Positions 63,025 to 64,000 of a DNA stretch of 64,000 nucleotides are shown one piece after another (the stretch's first letter is position 1; the number at the start of each line of letters is the position of its first letter). A program made the translations under genes and the position numbers. The notes beneath the pieces were generated by a model. The model ran no database searches and was not told where the DNA came from. It saw only the letters and a list, made by a program, of their open reading frames with translations. This stretch comes from Mobula hypostoma (lineage: Eukaryota), in assembly GCF_963921235.1 (NCBI RefSeq), contig NC_086115.1:39432001-39496000 (forward strand). Reading direction: 5' to 3'.

Positions 63025-63240
63025 ATCCCCCGATTTAACCCTGGTCTAATCGCAGAACAATTTACAATGACCAATTAACCTACTAACTGATATGTCTTTG
63101 GACTGTGGGAAGAAATCAGAGCACTGGAGGAAACCCACATGGTCATGGGGAGAACGTACAAACCCTTTACAGACAGCGGTGGGAATTGAACCCGGGCAAC
63201 TGGTACCGTAAAACATTGTGCTAACCGTTATGCTACCATG
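63025..63240 (-). mobile_element. V-type (HE1-like) SINE
   Basis: Reverse complement of the 8255-8525 copy (gggttcaattccc B box, V-domain). Confidence 0.85.
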
Positions 63241-63414
63241 TCGAAATAATGTTTAGCTAACTAAACAGGAATTTCAACAAAGGTGGATTAGACTAATGAT
63301 TCTTAATTATTTAAGAGTGTTTGATTGTACATCTCAAGTTATTTATACAAAAATTATAAAGCAACATTACTCATAGCTTCAAGGCTCTAAGCTCTGATCC
63401 TTTTGTTATTACAG

Positions 63415-63517
63415 AGGCAAAGAGGTTGGACATGATGTGGATTTTATAATCAGCTGCCCCGAGGAAGGGGATGAAGAAGGTCTCCTCCATAAAACAGTCA
63501 GTAAACTGGACCGTCAG
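63415..63517 (+). CDS. POLM: Internal coding exon of DNA polymerase mu (X family), catalytic palm GHDVD exon
   Basis: Acceptor ctctgatccttttgttattacag and donor cag|gtaaat; 103 nt (phase 2 to 0) encoding (R)GKEVGHDVDFIISCPEEGDEEGLLHKTVSKLDRQ; by recall it parallels human Pol mu [35 protein letters not shown] in length and PxEGxExGLL, more than TdT; DNTT not fully excluded. Confidence 0.85.
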
Positions 63518-64000
63518 GTAAATAGCACATGTGTATTTTTGGGATAGCAAGGTGAACATTGAGCTTCCATTCCAAATTGTCCTTGCGAATATGGTGCTGA
63601 GCTACCGTCTTCAACTGCTGCAGTCCTTCTGGTGAAGGTTCTACCGTAGTCCTTGTGGGTAGAGAGATCAAGCAGTCTGATCCAGTAACAATGAAGGACT
63701 AGCAGCATTCTTCTAAATCAGGATGCTATGTGACTTAGAGAGAAACCACAAGCGGTAACACTTCCATATGGCTCTGCACTTGTTGTTCTTGGTACTAGAA
63801 TTATTAGGTTTGTCAAAGTACCACAGGTGAGTAACTGTAGGACATATATTTTTCAGGTGGTACACACAATAATCACTATACATTGGCTTTGGAAGGACTA
63901 AGTGTTTAGAGATATTGATGGTGTATCAATCATCAACTTTACTTGGGCTAACTTTGGGCTTCTTGGAAATTTCCTTTGCTTCACTCTTCCAGACCAGTGG

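Overview
Vertebrate nuclear DNA, not prokaryotic. The repeat mix (HE1/V-type SINEs, abundant CR1, Rex/Babar-like LINEs, Penelope/Poseidon elements) suggests a cartilaginous fish, probably a ray; this is inference. Most of the window is transposable elements and their decay products, and nearly all listed ORFs are TE fragments or noise. I found one convincing host exon, 63415-63517 (+), which the ORF track misses. It encodes (R)GKEVGHDVDFIISCPEEGDEEGLLHKTVSKLDRQ, the catalytic-palm exon of an X-family polymerase, best matching Pol mu (POLM). I recognised no other POLM exon in the 63 kb upstream, so the window is probably one very large TE-filled intron. Best structural finds: a complete 1.1-kb non-autonomous Helitron with all terminal hallmarks; Penelope-derived fold-back insertions with TSDs and minimal hammerhead-ribozyme motifs; a Vingi-like LINE with TSD; a full-length CR1 with 110-bp 5'UTR monomers; an RTE-type SINE with a perfect 12-bp TSD; and a two-copy composite element capped by Tc1-like mini-hairpins. 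I cannot support a wholly new protein-coding system. TE boundaries are approximate unless a TSD or terminus is quoted.
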